Notes under the pieces: generated by a model
What the model saw: the letters and a program-made list of their open reading frames with translations, nothing else
Told to the model about the DNA's origin: nothing
Databases searched by the model: none
Virus record (IMG/VR): IMGVR_UViG_3300036790_000223
Direction: 5' to 3' (one strand)
DNA: 64,000 bases
Source: a virus
Taxonomy: Duplodnaviria > Heunggongvirae > Uroviricota > Caudoviricetes
Translations under genes and position numbers: made by a program
Part shown: positions 62,332 through 64,000 of the stretch, in pieces
Numbering within the stretch: position 1 is the stretch's first letter
Layout: every line of letters begins with the position of its first letter

Positions 62332-62438
62332 ATGTCGGGCCATCGTTGTGGGTAAGGATCTGTATTGCCGCATTGGGCAATGTGCTAAGTGCCCAAACCG
62401 GGGGTGCTCGTGCTGGTGCCATACGATCCGTAAGGCAC

Positions 62439-62738
62439 TCAGTGGGCCAGCCAGGCGGCGTAAGCGCGCCAGCTCCTAGCGGCTGCGTCTTCTGGAGTGG
62501 CCACCCATCCGGGTGGCAGGGCCGGGTGAGCGCGAGCCTTTTTCAGCTTCGCCCACGTTCTGGCGTTCTTGCGGGTGGTGGTGTTCTGCGGTGTGTCGTT
62601 CCACATGGCCTGCCACAGTCGCTGTTCGTCAGCGACCCATCCTGGCGGCCTCAACGCTCCCAAATGGTAGACATGGGGTCTTAGCGTAGCTGACCGCTTA
62701 GGCTGGCCAGTATGACGGTTGAGGAGATGGCCGCTCAC
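62439..62738 (-). CDS. hypothetical protein
   Basis: 99-aa ORF. Confidence 0.35.
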   Translation of the reverse strand: MSGHLLNRHTGQPKRSATLRPHVYHLGALRPPGWVADEQRLWQAMWNDTPQNTTTRKNARTWAKLKKARAHPALPPGWVATPEDAAARSWRAYAAWLAH

Positions 62739-63212
62739 CTGGTGCGGCTGAGTGCGACCAACTCAGGCTCAGGCAAGACCCTGGAGACGGTGTTCCGCGA
62801 GGAGCTGGCGGCCTGGAAGCCAGTGTTCGGGCCTCAGATCTCCTACGGCACCACGACGAGCAACAGCTGGCCGACTACCTGGACCACGAGCCCTCCGCCC
62901 GTCGTGGAGCCGCTGAGCGCTGAGGAGCGGGCAGGCTACCGAGAGCAGTTTGAGGCCAAGGCGCAGTGCATCCACTGCGGTGGGCTGCACCTGCGGGCGT
63001 GCCCCCGGGTCAAGCGGATCGTCATGCGCAACTCGGAGGAGATCTCCGAGGTGGAGTTCTGGCCGAGCTGGCCTACCGAGCACATCATTTTCCCCGAAGA
63101 CGTGTACGAGGAGGCAGCCGATGGCACGGAAGATGCGCCCGGCCGACCGGCGGGGGATGGGCAAGGACCTCACGACCGAGTGGCTGAAGAACCGCCGTCA
63201 GGGCTGGCGTGA
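62712..63212 (+). CDS. hypothetical protein with CxxC..C
   Basis: 166-aa ORF. Confidence 0.45.
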   Translation: MTVEEMAAHLVRLSATNSGSGKTLETVFREELAAWKPVFGPQISYGTTTSNSWPTTWTTSPPPVVEPLSAEERAGYREQFEAKAQCIHCGGLHLRACPRVKRIVMRNSEEISEVEFWPSWPTEHIIFPEDVYEEAADGTEDAPGRPAGDGQGPHDRVAEEPPSGLA

Positions 63213-63912
63213 TCACCACACCGCCCTAGACGAAGACAAAGCCATCCGCCAGGTTGCCTACGACAAGCACGTCCAGGCCCGGGAAGCCGAATACTCCGAC
63301 TGGCACGCGGACGAGGCGCACCGGGTTGCCATCCGGGACATGTTCCCCAGTGGGCTCGACATGGCCAAGGAGGGCCGGACTCGCGCCTCTGAAGACCGCC
63401 AGCTGCAGATGGAAGACCGTGAGCGCGGCCTGCTAGAGCACAACCAGGATCGGGGCCTGGCACTGGAAGATCGCGACCGGGCGATGAGCGAACAAGGTGA
63501 AGACCGCGATGTGGGCCAGGCGGATCACGATGAAGATCGTCAGGTAGCTCGTGAAGACCGGGCCATCGCTACCGGTGCCTACCGGGAGCAGGTTCTGGAC
63601 GAGGCATCCCACCCTAAGCGGCTGCAGAAGCCGAAGAAGGCCGACAAGGGTATGGCCTGGACCCATGAGGTCCGTGATCCGCACGGCGAGTGGAGTCCCA
63701 CCTCGCTGGGCAACTGGATGCGGGCCATCCCAGCGGACTGGGAGCGACAGCAGCGCGCCTCCGGCATTTGGGGAGGCCACACCTACGAAGAACACTCTGA
63801 TGCTGTGGCACGGCTCGACCATGACGGTCAGCAGCGCTATGTGCAGGCCACCATAGCCGGGATGTCACCCGGGGATGCACTCGCCCATGCGAAGGGAACC
63901 CCCCGTGCCTGA
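63121..63912 (+). CDS. hypothetical protein with ExDR heptad-like repeats
   Basis: MEDRERGLLEHNQDRGLALEDRDRAMSEQGEDRD...; 263 aa. Confidence 0.45.
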   Translation: MARKMRPADRRGMGKDLTTEWLKNRRQGWRDHHTALDEDKAIRQVAYDKHVQAREAEYSDWHADEAHRVAIRDMFPSGLDMAKEGRTRASEDRQLQMEDRERGLLEHNQDRGLALEDRDRAMSEQGEDRDVGQADHDEDRQVAREDRAIATGAYREQVLDEASHPKRLQKPKKADKGMAWTHEVRDPHGEWSPTSLGNWMRAIPADWERQQRASGIWGGHTYEEHSDAVARLDHDGQQRYVQATIAGMSPGDALAHAKGTPRA

Positions 63913-64000
63913 CTTCTACGCTGATGAAGTCTGCCGCAGGCTGAACAAGGAGCTAGCCGAGCAGGCGTTCAAGTGGGGCGACAGCTGGATGCACCAGCCC

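Noticed and set aside
1-64000. Integrase / attP, CRISPR array, rRNA
   Set aside because: No tyrosine or serine recombinase motifs, no regularly spaced short repeats with spacers and no rRNA-like segments; the tRNA 3' fragment at 9117-9164 has no adjacent integrase

Overview
High-GC (about 65-67%) segment that looks like an actinobacteriophage genome or prophage. No integrase, rRNA or CRISPR array was seen. Layout: 1-10.05 kb holds a dense minus-strand tRNA array of 27 predicted tRNAs, including three CAT species, two Thr, two Glu, two Pro, two Ala, two Gly and two Ser, plus a tRNA 3' fragment and a degenerate tRNA-like element; small Zn-ribbon and basic proteins, an AAA+ ATPase and an HNH endonuclease are interspersed. 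10.6-14.7 kb holds leftward accessory genes: a frameshifted metallophosphoesterase, a secreted lectin-like protein and a C2H2 Zn-finger protein. 14.7-20.6 kb holds a rightward YqaJ(RecE-like)/RecT recombination pair, then a leftward ParB-like plus HTH pair behind a 17-bp-arm bidirectional terminator. 20.6-28.2 kb is a rightward replication-type block: a putative initiator with internal 21-bp tandem repeats and an AT-rich iteron-like island, a ParB-like protein with a 16-bp-arm palindrome inside its gene, and a DnaB-like helicase. 28.2-34 kb is a polysaccharide module: processive GT2 synthase, CE4-like deacetylase, GH16 glucanase, SPFH protein and CapD-like SDR. 34-48.3 kb holds HNH, vWA and LysM+Rpf-like transglycosylase genes, then tail genes including a 1544-aa fibre with about 20 PVRAxPKLPPRGRVY modules. 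48.4-51.8 kb is a leftward operon with an HExxH peptidase-like protein and a DUF932 protein. 51.8-57.8 kb is a candidate DNA-base hypermodification cluster: ParB-like nuclease, large unknown enzyme, PLP enzyme, P-loop kinase, 2OG-Fe(II) dioxygenase, DnaJ-type CxxCxGxG minigenes and an antisense T5orf172/GIY-YIG homing-endonuclease-like gene. 57.8-58.6 kb is a C-rich non-coding CCGACAT repeat array, followed by terS/terL. A GTAAACGG-centred palindromic motif recurs in at least 7 intergenic sites, including a perfect 31-bp direct repeat. All coordinates were hand-derived and may be off by a few nt. Domain calls rest on motif recognition only; no database search was run.
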